NCBI GenBank assembly: GCA_963725195.1
Contig: CAVRXX010000030.1
Span: forward strand, 12,261 to 76,260
Reading direction: 5' to 3'
Length of the DNA: 64,000 nt
Source: an uncultured Alphaproteobacteria bacterium
GTDB lineage: Bacteria; Pseudomonadota; Alphaproteobacteria; Rhizobiales; Beijerinckiaceae
Shown here: piece after piece, positions 48,454 to 59,627 of the stretch
Numbering within the stretch: the first letter of the stretch is position 1
Layout of the letters: the number at the start of each line of letters is the position of its first letter
Notes under the pieces: generated by a model
What the model saw: only the letters and a program-made list of their open reading frames with translations
Database searches by the model: none
Told to the model about the DNA's origin: nothing
Position numbers and translations under genes: made by a program

Positions 48454-51400
48454 AATATCGCGTCGCCGCTCGCTGTCAAGGGTTCTGTGCGCAGCCGGGC
48501 GGAGGCCTCCCGAAGCCCGGTCCAGACTGGCTTGTCCGGGGCGAAGCGGGCGCGCAGATAGGTCACGAGGTCAGCGATCTGCGCGTCATCGAGGTGATGG
48601 CGGAAGGCGGGCATGGCGCCGAGTTCGCCGAGCCGTTCCGGATGCGCGCCGTCAAGGATAACGCGCAGGACCGTGTCCGGCTTCTCGGCGTGGATCGCAC
48701 TGTTGAGCGCGAGCGACGGCTTCACGCCGAACATGTCGAGGCCCTGTCCCGGCTCGTGGCAGACGGCGCAGGCGCCGTCGTGAATGCGGGCGCCGGCGAA
48801 AGTCGCGGGATTTGACGCCCGCGTTTTCGCCGCCTGTTCGAGGCGAGCCTTGAGGCCCGGGTCAGCGGCGGGCGGCGCTGGCGCGAGCGAGACGAGATAG
48901 CGCGCCATTGCACGGATGTCGGAATCGGGCAGTGGCTTCAGCCCGGCGACGACTGGCGCCATAGGCCCGCCTGCTGCGCCATGCTCTGCGGAAAAGCCGC
49001 TGCGGAGGTAGTCGAAATAGGCCTGCTCAGTCCAGGCGATCGGCGCGGGCGACGACCCGTTGAGCGGCGGCGCGAACCAGCCGTCGACCTCGCCGCCGGC
49101 CAAGTGATCGGCGCCCTTGAGTTCGGCGCCGAGCGAGTTGCGGGGCGAGTGGCAGGCGGAGCAATGGCCAAGGGCTTCGACGAGATAGGCGCCGCGATTC
49201 CATTGAGCGTCACGATCGAGCTTCGCCTGGAAGGGCTTCGCCTGAAGAAACATCGTGTTCCACGCCGCCATGAGCGGACGAAAGCCAAACGGGGCGCGAA
49301 GGTCCGCCGGACGGTTCGGCGCCGAGACCGGCGGCTGAGCCATGAAATAGGCATAGAGCGCCTGCAGGTCGGCCTCGCTCGTCCTGACGAAGGACGTATA
49401 GGGGAACGCCGGAAAGAGATGGCGCCCGTCGCGTCCGACCCCCTCGCGCATCGCCCGCTCGAAGGCCGGGTAGGACCATGTCCCGATACCCGTCGCTTCG
49501 TCGGGCGTGATGTTTGTCGCATAGACCGCGCCGAAGGGCGTAGCGATGGCGCGTCCGCCCGCCAGCTCCTCGCCGCCAGGCGCGGTATGGCAATGAACGC
49601 ACCCTCCGAGACCGGCGAGCGCCCGGCCGCGTTCGATGGTCGCGGCGGACCAGGTCGCGGGATCGGGCCGGGCGATAGGCGCGATCGCGCCGCGGATCGG
49701 CAGGCTCGCTACGCCGAGCGACCCAAGCGCTCCGAACGCCGCCGCGAGCAGCGGACCGAGCCGCCGCCGCGGCTTGGCAGGAGCGGCCGCCGGAATCGCA
49801 AGAGACGGCGTCTCGCGCGGCGCCTCCTCGGCAAACCCGGCCTCGCGCAAGCCTTTGAGGATGCGGTCGGGCGTGAAGGGCGGCTCACGGAACCGCACGC
49901 CAGTCGCATCGAAGATGGCGTTGGCGATCGCCGCCGCGCTCGGCACCGAGGTGGATTCGCCGACGCCGAGCGGCTCATCCTCTGGCCTCGGGACCATCAG
50001 CACATCGATAGCCGGGAGCTCAGGAAACGTTAGGAGCGGATAGCTTCCCCAGTCGCGCGACGTCACAGCGATGTCGGAGAAGGTGACCTTCTCCTTGAGC
50101 ACGCGGCTCGTTGACTGGATCACGTTGCCGTGAATCTGGTGACGTACGCCCTCGGGATTGATCATCAATCCGGAGTCCTGCCCGACTGTGACTCGGGTCA
50201 GCGAAACCTCGCCGGTGCTGGGATTGACAGCGACATCCGCGGCCCAAGCCGACCATGCCGAGGCGAGGCCGGGAAACTTCGAGTGGACGTAGACCGCGTA
50301 AGCGAAGCCGCGCCCCAAGAGATTTCCGCTCTCGCCGTCGCGTCGCATGCGTGGCCCGACATGCGGCTCCCATTTGGCTCTTGCGGCGACCTGCTCGACG
50401 AGATCTCTCCCGCGGGCGTCCTTGAGATAGCGCAGGCGGTAGGCGATAGGATCGACGCCGGCCTCCGCCGCCAGCTCATCAATGTAGGATTCGTGGGCGA
50501 AGGTGTTGGGCAGGGCCGACACGCCCCTGAGCCAGGCAGCACGCGCGATTGGCGCCATGTCGTGGACGACCACGCGATGATTGGCGAAATCGTAAGGGCC
50601 GATCGCCGTCCGGTCGCCCATCTCCGCAACCGCGGGCGTCGACGGAATCTTGCCGGTGAGGATCAGCGCGAGTGTGGGCGCGGGGTTGGACGGATAGCGG
50701 GTGGCGAAATCATAGGCCGCGACGCCGCCGCGAACGTCGATGCCGCCGTCAACGCTCATCAGCTGGCCCGCGCCCTTCGGCTCCCACTGATGCTCCTGAT
50801 CGCGCGTCAGCTGCACCCTGACCGGCCGACCGACCGCGCGTGACAGAAGCGCGGCGTCGGCCGTCACGTCGTCCGCCCCATTTCGGCCGTAGCAGCCGGC
50901 TGCCTCCATCCGGATCAACTCGATGACGTCTTCCGGAAGGTCGAGAAGCAGCGCCAGGTCGCTCCGCATCCATAAGGGGTTCTGCGTGCCGGACCAGACG
51001 CGCGCCCGGTCGCTCGTGACGTCGGCGAGCGCGGCGGACGGGCCGATCGACCCGTGTAACTGATACGGCCAGACATAGGAGCGAGTGAGCCGCGTGGCCG
51101 CCGACTTGAGGGCGCTATCGACGTCGCCCTTGTCGAGCAGCTTGCGCCGCCGCGACGGGTTGCGCGTCAGCGCGGCGGCAACGTCGGCGAGGTCCGGCGG
51201 CTTCGCTCCTTCGCGCCAGTCGACGCTTAGTGCGCGCATCGCCGCCTCGGCCTGCTCCTCCCGTTCAGCGACGACGCCGACGAAATCGCCAACAACCACC
51301 GTGGTCACGACGCCCGGAAGACGAGCGACGGATGCTTCGTCGACGCGGATCAGCGAGCGCCCGACGTGAGCGCCCGAATCGAATCCGGCATAGGGTGGCC

Positions 51401-52064
51401 GGACGACGCGTCCGTGCAGCATGCCGGGCACGCGCATGTCGTGGACATAGACGAGGCCGCCCGTAGCCTTCGCCGGAAGATCCACACGCGGCGGCGACGT
51501 GCCGACTATGCGGTACGCGCCTGGCGCCTTGACCGGCGCATCGTCCGCAAGCGCCAGCCGTATCCGCTCTTCGCCGATCAGTTCGGCGTAGCTCAGGCGG
51601 CGATTGTCGTCCGCAAGAGGCCGGACGACGCCATCCTCGACGATCAGCGCCTCTGCCGCGATCCCGAAGATCGCCGCGGCGCGGCCGACGAGGAAGCGCC
51701 TCGCCTGCGCCGCCGCGCGGCGCAATGGGATTGCGCTGAGCTGGATCGTCTCGCTGGCGATCGTCGGTCCTTGGTCGGGAGCGAGGCCCGTGTCGCCGAG
51801 CACCATCGCGACGCGCGCGAAGGAGACATCCAGCTCTTCCGCCACGATCTGCGCCAAAGCGCTGCGGATGCCCGTGCCGAGGTCGACATGGCCGTTGAAG
51901 GCGGTGACTTCGCCCGAGGCCCGGACGAGGACGAAAGGTTCGAGATCGTCTGCCGGCGCAGCATCGAGCGGCGCGCCTGGCGCCGCAGGCCGGACCACCG
52001 CAAGCGTCCCAGAAGGTTCGAGATAGTCGGCGCGTCGTAGGCCCTGCGGCTGAAGCGACATCAT
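48447..52064 (-). CDS. nicB: Nicotinate dehydrogenase large subunit: molybdopterin domain fused to three c-type cytochrome domains
   Basis: GHVDLGTGI, GMLHGRVVRPP, GCYGRNGADD, FAHESYIDELA; CVHCH, CSACH, CAVCH. Confidence 0.85.
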   Translation of the reverse strand: MMSLQPQGLRRADYLEPSGTLAVVRPAAPGAPLDAAPADDLEPFVLVRASGEVTAFNGHVDLGTGIRSALAQIVAEELDVSFARVAMVLGDTGLAPDQGPTIASETIQLSAIPLRRAAAQARRFLVGRAAAIFGIAAEALIVEDGVVRPLADDNRRLSYAELIGEERIRLALADDAPVKAPGAYRIVGTSPPRVDLPAKATGGLVYVHDMRVPGMLHGRVVRPPYAGFDSGAHVGRSLIRVDEASVARLPGVVTTVVVGDFVGVVAEREEQAEAAMRALSVDWREGAKPPDLADVAAALTRNPSRRRKLLDKGDVDSALKSAATRLTRSYVWPYQLHGSIGPSAALADVTSDRARVWSGTQNPLWMRSDLALLLDLPEDVIELIRMEAAGCYGRNGADDVTADAALLSRAVGRPVRVQLTRDQEHQWEPKGAGQLMSVDGGIDVRGGVAAYDFATRYPSNPAPTLALILTGKIPSTPAVAEMGDRTAIGPYDFANHRVVVHDMAPIARAAWLRGVSALPNTFAHESYIDELAAEAGVDPIAYRLRYLKDARGRDLVEQVAARAKWEPHVGPRMRRDGESGNLLGRGFAYAVYVHSKFPGLASAWSAWAADVAVNPSTGEVSLTRVTVGQDSGLMINPEGVRHQIHGNVIQSTSRVLKEKVTFSDIAVTSRDWGSYPLLTFPELPAIDVLMVPRPEDEPLGVGESTSVPSAAAIANAIFDATGVRFREPPFTPDRILKGLREAGFAEEAPRETPSLAIPAAAPAKPRRRLGPLLAAAFGALGSLGVASLPIRGAIAPIARPDPATWSAATIERGRALAGLGGCVHCHTAPGGEELAGGRAIATPFGAVYATNITPDEATGIGTWSYPAFERAMREGVGRDGRHLFPAFPYTSFVRTSEADLQALYAYFMAQPPVSAPNRPADLRAPFGFRPLMAAWNTMFLQAKPFQAKLDRDAQWNRGAYLVEALGHCSACHSPRNSLGAELKGADHLAGGEVDGWFAPPLNGSSPAPIAWTEQAYFDYLRSGFSAEHGAAGGPMAPVVAGLKPLPDSDIRAMARYLVSLAPAPPAADPGLKARLEQAAKTRASNPATFAGARIHDGACAVCHEPGQGLDMFGVKPSLALNSAIHAEKPDTVLRVILDGAHPERLGELGAMPAFRHHLDDAQIADLVTYLRARFAPDKPVWTGLREASARLRTEPLTASGDAIFH

Positions 52065-52530
52065 GCCTGGGCGAGCGCCGCCGCGAGCCGCACGGCCGCG
52101 ATGATCTCGACATGCGCGCCGCAGCGGCAAAGATTGAAACGCAGAGCTTCGCGAATGTCGGCGTCGGACGGATCAGGGTTGGCATCGAGCAGGGCGCGCG
52201 CAGACATGATCATGCCGTTGAGGCAATAGCCGCACTGCGTCGCTGCGCAGGCGACGAACGCTTGCTGGACCGGATCAAGCTTCTCGCCGTCGGCCAGGCC
52301 CTCGAGCGTCGTCACACGCCGCCCTTCGACATTCGCAAGCGTTAGCACGCAGCTTCTCGCGAGTTTGCCGTCGACAAGGATGCTGCAGGCGCCACATTCG
52401 CCGAGACCGCAGCCGTATTTCGGGCCGTTGAGGGAGCAGTCGTTGCGCAGAAACGAAAGTAGGGGCGTCGTCCGCGGCAGGCGCGCTTCGAGGGTCGTAC
52501 CATTCACTAGCAAAAACAAGCGAGCTCGAT
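52061..52530 (-). CDS. nicA: [2Fe-2S] small subunit of nicotinate dehydrogenase (start uncertain)
   Basis: GPKYGCGLGECGACS, QCGYCLNG, NLCRCG. Confidence 0.85.
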
Positions 52531-52928
52531 ACAACTCAGAACGCGGCCAAACATCCGCATGACGCGGGAAATCCCGCACGTCGTTGGGACTCCTATGGTG
52601 CAGGGCGCGGGAACGCTCTGTCAATAAAGGCAGTACGCGCGAGTTGAAGTAATGCCTTATATCTGATACATCACACTTCAGGAGGAAGCGTTGACCAGGA
52701 GCACACATCTGTTTTCGCCGTTGGCGCGATCGAAAAGCCAAAAATCTTCGACATCCGTTTCCGCGACGTCAGCCGATCAAGGCCCAGCGCAACGAATGCC
52801 CGCTGGCCAGGGCCTGTTGGCTTTCGAACCTGGCGTTCGAAGGTCAACCCGGACTTCGCTAGACAGCTTGAGCGCGTGGGTTCGATGCGCCAGCACGATA
52901 TGAGCGTCACTCCCCTCAGGACATTAGG

Positions 52929-53618
52929 GTGACACTCGTGTTCAATCGAGCTTCCCTCAGCGAGCAAGTCGAAGCCGCGCTACGGCAAGAAATCACGCTT
53001 GGCCGCTTGCGTCCCGGCCAGAGAATTAGCGCGTCCGACTATCTGACCAACTGGAACGTGAGCATCACGCCGTTCCGTGACGCTGTGCGAACTCTGCAGA
53101 ATCGAGGCTTCGTAACAGTGGAGCCGCGCAAGGGCGTCTATGTCGCGGAGATGACTCTGAAGACCTTGCAAGAAATCTTTGAGTTGCGGATCGCGCTTGA
53201 ATGCATGGCGATCGAGCTTGCCACCTCGCGTGCGGATGCGCGGGAGGCGGACCGCGTCCGAGCAGCTTACGTCAAAGCCGGCGTCCGGGCTCGCAAGGGT
53301 GACAGTGCGTTGTTGGCGGAGACCGATGAGGCGGTCCACGATTTCGGCCGCAACTCGTGCGGCAACGCACGTCTGCAGCAGCTTCTGTCATCTCACATGG
53401 ATCTGATCCAGTGGACGCAGAATACGGCCATCCGCAAATATCCTGAATCCCGTGAACTGGCGTTGCCAGAGCATATTGCAATCATGGACGCTGTCTGCGC
53501 GTGCGACGCCGCTCAAGCTTCGCGCGCCATGCGGGCGCACCTCGAGAACGCCTATTTGCGGATGGAGGATCGGTTCGAGGCGGCGCAGGAAGCGAGTTCC
53601 GGCGCGGACGCCCGATGA
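52929..53618 (+). CDS. GntR (FCD) family regulator
   Basis: LRPGQRI, VSITPFRDA, EIFELRIALE, EHIAIMDA, AMRAHL. Confidence 0.9.
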   Translation: MTLVFNRASLSEQVEAALRQEITLGRLRPGQRISASDYLTNWNVSITPFRDAVRTLQNRGFVTVEPRKGVYVAEMTLKTLQEIFELRIALECMAIELATSRADAREADRVRAAYVKAGVRARKGDSALLAETDEAVHDFGRNSCGNARLQQLLSSHMDLIQWTQNTAIRKYPESRELALPEHIAIMDAVCACDAAQASRAMRAHLENAYLRMEDRFEAAQEASSGADAR

Positions 53619-54781
53619 AAGTCAAATCTGTCAGTTCGCACATCCTTCGCGCGCCGCTCGGCGCACAGAAGTTTTATTCGTCGCAGGCCGCTTTTCCGGA
53701 ACGGAACAGTTACCTGGTCCGGGTCGAAACGGACTCCGGTCTCGTCGGCTGGGGAGAAGGCGGCCAGTATGGTCCGCCGGAGCCGGTGGCCGCCTGCGTC
53801 GACGGTGTTTTTGCGCCTCAGCTCATTGGGCGAGACCCGACCGAGCCAGTGAGAATCTGGGAAGAGCATTACGCGTTCTCTCGCGATTTCGGGCAGAAGG
53901 GGACGTATATTGAGGCGATCTCCGCCATCGATATCGCTCTCTGGGACATTGCGGGCCAGGCCGCGGGCCTTCCCGTCTGGAAGATGCTCGGAGGACGCTT
54001 CCGCGACAGCGTTACCGCATATGCGACCGGCTGCTACTACCCGGACAATTTCCGCGACATGCCGGCGGTTCTGCGAGCCCTCGAGAAGGAGGCTTCAGGC
54101 TATGCCGACGCTGGCTTCCAGTTCCTCAAGATCAAGGTTGGCCTGCTTAGCCTCGCTGACGATATTGAACGCCTTCGCGTTATCCGAACGGCGGTTGGTC
54201 CGCGGATCGGACTGCTTGTCGACGCCAATCACGCCTATAACGCCGCTTCGGCCGTTCGCATGGGCAGGCTCATGGAGCCGCATCAGGTCGAGTTTTTCGA
54301 GGAGCCGGTCACGCCTGAGGATCGCGAGGGATACCGCAAAGTGCGGTATGAGAATCCCATCGCCGTGGCGGGGGGCGAGTGCGAATTCACACGTTACGGA
54401 TTCCGGGATCTCATCGGCGGCGGCTGCGTCGACATTGCCCAGCCGGATCTTGCTTGCGCAGGTGGGTTTTCGGGCTGGCTCGACATCCTTGCGCTGGCGA
54501 AAAGCTATGGCGTTGCGACGATCCCTCATGTCTGGGGGTCTGGCATCGCGGTCGCGGCGGCGCTTCACGCGGTGGCGTCAATTCCACCTTTCCCGCACAC
54601 CGCCAATCCACTGCCGTTGCTCAACGAGCCGGTCATTGAATTTGACCGCAAGCACAATCCGCTGCGAGACGAGCTCCTCGCCGAACCCTTCGCGCTGAAG
54701 GACGGACGCCTCATGGTTCCCGATCGTCCAGGGCTTGGCGTTACAGTGCGGGACGACACGCTCAGGGCCTACAAGCGATGA
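53615..54781 (+). CDS. Mandelate racemase/MLE (enolase superfamily) enzyme, sugar-acid type
   Basis: GLVGWGE, AIDIALWDI, KIKVG, VDANHAY, FFEEP, AGGECE, PHVWGS. Confidence 0.9.
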   Translation: MKVKSVSSHILRAPLGAQKFYSSQAAFPERNSYLVRVETDSGLVGWGEGGQYGPPEPVAACVDGVFAPQLIGRDPTEPVRIWEEHYAFSRDFGQKGTYIEAISAIDIALWDIAGQAAGLPVWKMLGGRFRDSVTAYATGCYYPDNFRDMPAVLRALEKEASGYADAGFQFLKIKVGLLSLADDIERLRVIRTAVGPRIGLLVDANHAYNAASAVRMGRLMEPHQVEFFEEPVTPEDREGYRKVRYENPIAVAGGECEFTRYGFRDLIGGGCVDIAQPDLACAGGFSGWLDILALAKSYGVATIPHVWGSGIAVAAALHAVASIPPFPHTANPLPLLNEPVIEFDRKHNPLRDELLAEPFALKDGRLMVPDRPGLGVTVRDDTLRAYKR

Positions 54782-55476
54782 CGGAAGGCATTTTCTTCGA
54801 CGCGCTTCGCGCAAAAGAACGTGCTGATCACGGGCGCAGCAGCTGGTCTCGGTCGGCACACTGCTCGGGCCTTCGCCGCCGAACGCGCGGACATCGCCAT
54901 TCTCGATTTCCAAGATGCCGCCGCAACGGCAAGAGAGATCACCGCACTCGGCCGTCGGTCCGAGTTTTTCCGCTCCGACGTGCGGGACGAGGACGAGAGC
55001 CGACGTCCTTGTGAGCAATGCGGGGTTCAACGGTAACCACAGCCTGATCAAGGACATGCCTCCGGCGCATTGGCGCGCGACGATCGAGATCAATCTCACA
55101 GGGACGATGCTGGTTACTCGAACGGTCCTGCCGTTTATGCTCGATCGCAGGGCTGGCGCGATTGTGACCACCGCATCGAATGCGGCCGTCGGGATCTCCA
55201 TTATCGCGCCGACTACGTCTGTTCGAAATGGGCTATCCTGGGCTTCACCCAGACGCTCGCTCTCGAAGTCGCGTCCCACAACATTCGCGTCACCGCGGTC
55301 TGTCCTGGGCCGATCGAGGGCGATCGGATCGAGGATGTCATGGCGCCACGCCGAGGTAGAGGGGAAGTCGGTTGCCGAGGTGCGTCGGGAGCGGGAGGCG
55401 ACGCCTTTGCGGTGCAGATGCGAGCGCAATGACAGGTCAGGTGATCAACGTCACCGGCGGCGGAACTTCATCGTAG
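54778..55476 (+). pseudogene. SDR oxidoreductase disrupted by several frameshifts/deletions
   Basis: VLITGAAAGLG, LVSNAG, INLTGT, YVCSKWAILG, VTAVCPGPI, GQVINVTGG occur in different frames. Confidence 0.75.
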
Positions 55477-55680
55477 GTCCGCCACTTCGATCCGCAAAGG
55501 AGGAAGAAAATGATGAACTGCACTTCAAATCTAATCGATGTCACGCTGACAGGCTGCAATTCATGTCTGAACGGACTTCGATCTAAAACGAGTTTCTCAA
55601 GTCGAGCGGCCACATGGCCGCACGGAATCAAGTTGAACGCCGCAACGTCAATCATGGCGTTGCGCAATGGGAGGAAGACC

Positions 55681-56951
55681 ATGACCAACTCGAATCTGAC
55701 TGCTCAAACGAAGCTCGCCCTCATCGCCGCCGCTTTCTTCACGGCGCGGCGGCTCTCGGCGTCGCGGGCGCATTGCCTGTGATCCGGACGCCATCGGCTT
55801 TCGCCGCCGACTCGGAGAATTTGGTTCCCAAGCAGCACTATCTCATCGCCTTCTCGAACGGCGACATGAACAATTCCTGGCGGGCCGCCTTCGTCAACTC
55901 GATGGAGCAGTGGGGCAAGAAGTTCAAATCGGTCGGCCCGGGCGTCGACTACGTATGGACGAACAGCGCCGGCAATTCCGCCAAGCAGCTTCAGGATTGC
56001 CAGACCCTGCTCGCGCAGAAGCCGAACATCCTCATTCTTTCCCCCAATCAGGCGCAGCCCTTGGATCCCGTGATCGATATGGCGACCAAGGCCAATGTTC
56101 CGCTCGTGGTCATCGACCGCGCGCTCATTCGGAAACCGCCGACCGGCACCTACGTCTTGAACATCACGCAGAACTACGGCGTGAGCGGCATGACGATGGC
56201 GGCTTATGCGCTCGATCATCTGAAGCGCAAGCACGGCGACTACAAAGGCAACATCGTCGAGATCCAGGGCGAGCTTGGCTCGTCTCCGAACAACGACATG
56301 TATGTCGGCATCCGCGAAGTCATCAAGCACTACCCCGACGTCAAGATTCTCTCGACCGAGGAAGGCAAGTGGTCGAACGACGGCGGCCGGCGCGTGATGC
56401 AGGGATTTCTACAGCGCTTCACCGACGACCAGATGGATGTCATCTTCACCTACTCGGACGCCGAGGGTCTCGGCGCGATGCAGGCGATCAAGGCCGCGGG
56501 TCGGAATGAGCTGCTCGACGGCCGCATCGCGTCGAAGGACGGCGACGTCGCCTTCATCCAGGCTGTGGCCGACGGCAAGGCCATGATGTCGACGGAGTGC
56601 CCGCCCTATTACGGCGCCTTCGCGATCCCCGAGGCCATCCAATACCTCAATGGGACGCTGGATCAGAAAGGCATCCAGTATCTCAAGCTTCGCACCTGGC
56701 CCAATCCCAACGCGCCAACCATGCTCAGCGTTTCTGACGCCGACGTGAAGGCGATCCTCGCGAAGCAGATCAAATTCACGCTGGACGCGAAGCTGCCGCT
56801 CATTCCGCCGGAGACTGGCGACTACGAGCAGCTCTATTTCGACGCCTCGAAGGTCAAGGGCTACGACGATGTCGAGGCATATCTGAAAACCGGGGAGGTT
56901 CCGAAGGACCTCGTACGACCTCCAGAACACCAAAGCGTAGGCCAGTCCTGA
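55681..56951 (+). CDS. Sugar ABC substrate-binding protein with Tat signal (probable indel near 55720)
   Basis: GGAGG before ATG 55681; RRRFLHGAAALG, AFSNGDMNNSWR, VPLVVIDR, IVEIQGELGSS. Confidence 0.85.
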
Positions 56952-57111
56952 GCCGTAACGTTTACCGTTTGGCGACCATCGTTGGTCGCCAAACGTCGGG
57001 CGTGAGTCGCCATCACGAGAAGCGCGCTTACAGCGCTTCGAAGAGCGGACTGGCCGACGGTCGCGGCGCTCTTTCGCACTTCCGCCTGATAGACCCGAGG
57101 AGACCGCTGCC

Positions 57112-58656
57112 GTGGCTCACCGCCTCGAACTCGAGAATGTCTCGAAGCACTACGGAAACACGCGCGCGCTCGAGGCGGTCAGTGTCGCAATTCCATCGGG
57201 AAAGATACGAGGATTGGTTGGCGAGAACGGCGCCGGAAAGTCAACGCTTTCGAAAATTATCGCCGGCGACATCAGGCCAACGTCAGGCACGATGAAACTG
57301 AACGGGATCGAGGTTCCGTACCTAACGCCGATGTCCGCGCGCCGCGCCGGAATCGCAATCGTTCATCAGTGGGGCGATCTGGTGCCTACGATGACAGTCG
57401 AGGAGAACATCTTCCTCGGCAGCGAAATCCATGGGCCATTTCGAACCCTGAACAAGAGCGAGATGCGCCGTAGGGCTCGGGAGGTGTTGAACGAGCTTGG
57501 CGTCGATGTCGATCCGCGCTTGCCGGTGAGCGAGCTCTCTCCTGCTCACAAGCAGATCGTGGCGATATCCAAAGCGCTCGTGCGCCAATGCGATCTTCTG
57601 ATCGTTGATGAGGGCGGCGTCTCGCTCGACAAAAAAGAAACCGTGCTCCTGCATGCGGTCTTGCGCCAATTGCGGGGCCAGGGCGTCACGATCATTTACA
57701 TATCACACCTTCTCGACGACGTCCTGGAGCTGAGCGACGAAATTACCGTCCTAAGGAACGGCGCGCTCGTCGAAACGCTCGACGCCACTTCGACGACTGC
57801 CCAGGACCTCGCCGTCGCGGTCGTCGGTCACGAGGTGCGCCGTCCGTCGCGAGCGGACGCGGCGAACGATTTCACGCAACGACGCACGCTGCTCGATGTC
57901 AAAGGCCTGTCATGGACACGCGACGCGGCGGAGTTCTCGCTCAAGGTCCGGGAAGGCGAGATCCTTGGCATTACCGGGCCTGAGGGCGCCGGCAAATCGG
58001 AGCTGTTGAGGACCATCTTCGGACTGATGGCGCCGACACGGGGAACGGTCTCGATCGATGGCAGGACGATCGACGCGCGAAGCCCAAGGGAAATGCTGAA
58101 CCGCGGCGTCGCCTTCGTGCCGGAAGATCGCTTTGCCGAAGGTCTCCTTCTCGATCGCAACATCGAGGAGAACATCTCGCTTCCCAAAGTCAGCTTCGAG
58201 AAGCGGTTCTTTCTTCCGACGGCCGAGCTCAGGGCGGGCGCCGTCAAGAAGGCCGCTCAGATAAAGACGAAGATGGCGTCAATCAATTCGCTCGTCGCCG
58301 AACTCAGCGGCGGCAATCAGCAGAAGGTGGTTCTGTCGAGATGGCTCGAGGACAGCTATCGGCTGCTGTTGTTGGATGAGCCCTATAAGGGAATCGACAT
58401 CGGGGCTAAAGACGACATCAACGAGGCCATTCGCGCGATGGCGAGCGCGGGCAGGGGTGTGGTCGTCATCAGCACCGAATTCGGCGAACTCATTGGCGTT
58501 GTCAGCACGCTTCTGGTGATCGTCAATCGCAAGATCGTGACCACGCTCACCGGAGCGTCCATCACTCCCCATGAGATCGTTCGCTATTACCAGTACGAAG
58601 TCGAAACGCCTGGTCCAAGCTTCGAAGGCAACGGCTCGCCGGCGGTGATGAGCTAG
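57112..58656 (+). CDS. Sugar ABC ATP-binding protein (two NBDs)
   Basis: GENGAGKSTL, YISH, VPEDR, LSGGNQQKV, DEPYKGIDIGAK. Confidence 0.93.
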   Translation: MAHRLELENVSKHYGNTRALEAVSVAIPSGKIRGLVGENGAGKSTLSKIIAGDIRPTSGTMKLNGIEVPYLTPMSARRAGIAIVHQWGDLVPTMTVEENIFLGSEIHGPFRTLNKSEMRRRAREVLNELGVDVDPRLPVSELSPAHKQIVAISKALVRQCDLLIVDEGGVSLDKKETVLLHAVLRQLRGQGVTIIYISHLLDDVLELSDEITVLRNGALVETLDATSTTAQDLAVAVVGHEVRRPSRADAANDFTQRRTLLDVKGLSWTRDAAEFSLKVREGEILGITGPEGAGKSELLRTIFGLMAPTRGTVSIDGRTIDARSPREMLNRGVAFVPEDRFAEGLLLDRNIEENISLPKVSFEKRFFLPTAELRAGAVKKAAQIKTKMASINSLVAELSGGNQQKVVLSRWLEDSYRLLLLDEPYKGIDIGAKDDINEAIRAMASAGRGVVVISTEFGELIGVVSTLLVIVNRKIVTTLTGASITPHEIVRYYQYEVETPGPSFEGNGSPAVMS

Positions 58657-58694
58657 GCCCCGAAGCGAATCGAACCGGACAAGGAAGCATAGTC

Positions 58695-59627
58695 TTGCCC
58701 CACCGCCTCAGATCGATCCTCAGGGAGCTCGATGTCTTCGTCATCCTCGGCGCCCTTTTGCTCGTCGCCGCGATTTTTAAGGCGAGCACGTTTTACAATC
58801 TCTCGAACCTCTTCACGATCCTCGAATTGTCGGCGGTCTTGGGCATTGCGACGCTCGGAGAGGCGATGGTCCTGATCGTACGGGGCGTCGACGTCTCGGT
58901 CGGCGCCGTTATGGGGCTCGCAGGTACGCTCTCTGCATTCTTGATCCCGGACTTCGGACTGGGCGTTTCGATCGTCCTTCCTCTTGTCGTGTGCGGTCTG
59001 ATCGGGCTCGGGAACGGCCTGCTGGTCGAAAAGGGCCGCGTCCCGCCGATCGTCGCCACCATTGGGATGATGTGGGTCGTCAGCGGCTTGGCCGGCGGCG
59101 TCAGCAACGGGCGCCTCATTCCGATCCTGGATGAATCGTTTCAGCAAATTGCCTTGGGCAGCGCGTTCGAGATTGTGCCCCTCTTCTTTGTCGGGCTTAT
59201 CGTCATCGGCGCCGTCGCCTATTTCGTTCGATCAAACTTCGCCATCGGCCGGTACGTCTACGCGATTGGAGGCGATGAGGGCGCCGCCTATTATTCGGCA
59301 ATTCCGGTCGCGAAGATCCGCATCGGCGTCTACGGGGTCGCTGGCGTTCTCTACGGCGTCGCAGGATTGCTGATGGCGTCCTACGTGCGCTCGGGCATGC
59401 CGACCGTCGGAAAAGGGTACGAGTTCAAAGCCATTACAGCAGCTGTCCTCGGCGGCATCGCTCTCACAGGCGGACGGGGAAACATTTTCAAAGCGATTGT
59501 CGGCGCGGTGATCCTCATCGTTCTTTACGGAGTGATCACGGCGTTCGCCGTGTCACCTTACATCCAGGGAATCATCCAAGGCGCCATTCTGGTTGGAGCG
59601 GTCTACTATGCAACTCGCAATGACTAA
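58695..59627 (+). CDS. Sugar ABC permease
   Basis: GVDVSVG, PPIVATIG, YAIGGDEGAA, AAVLGGIALTGGRG. Confidence 0.9.
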   Translation: MPHRLRSILRELDVFVILGALLLVAAIFKASTFYNLSNLFTILELSAVLGIATLGEAMVLIVRGVDVSVGAVMGLAGTLSAFLIPDFGLGVSIVLPLVVCGLIGLGNGLLVEKGRVPPIVATIGMMWVVSGLAGGVSNGRLIPILDESFQQIALGSAFEIVPLFFVGLIVIGAVAYFVRSNFAIGRYVYAIGGDEGAAYYSAIPVAKIRIGVYGVAGVLYGVAGLLMASYVRSGMPTVGKGYEFKAITAAVLGGIALTGGRGNIFKAIVGAVILIVLYGVITAFAVSPYIQGIIQGAILVGAVYYATRND

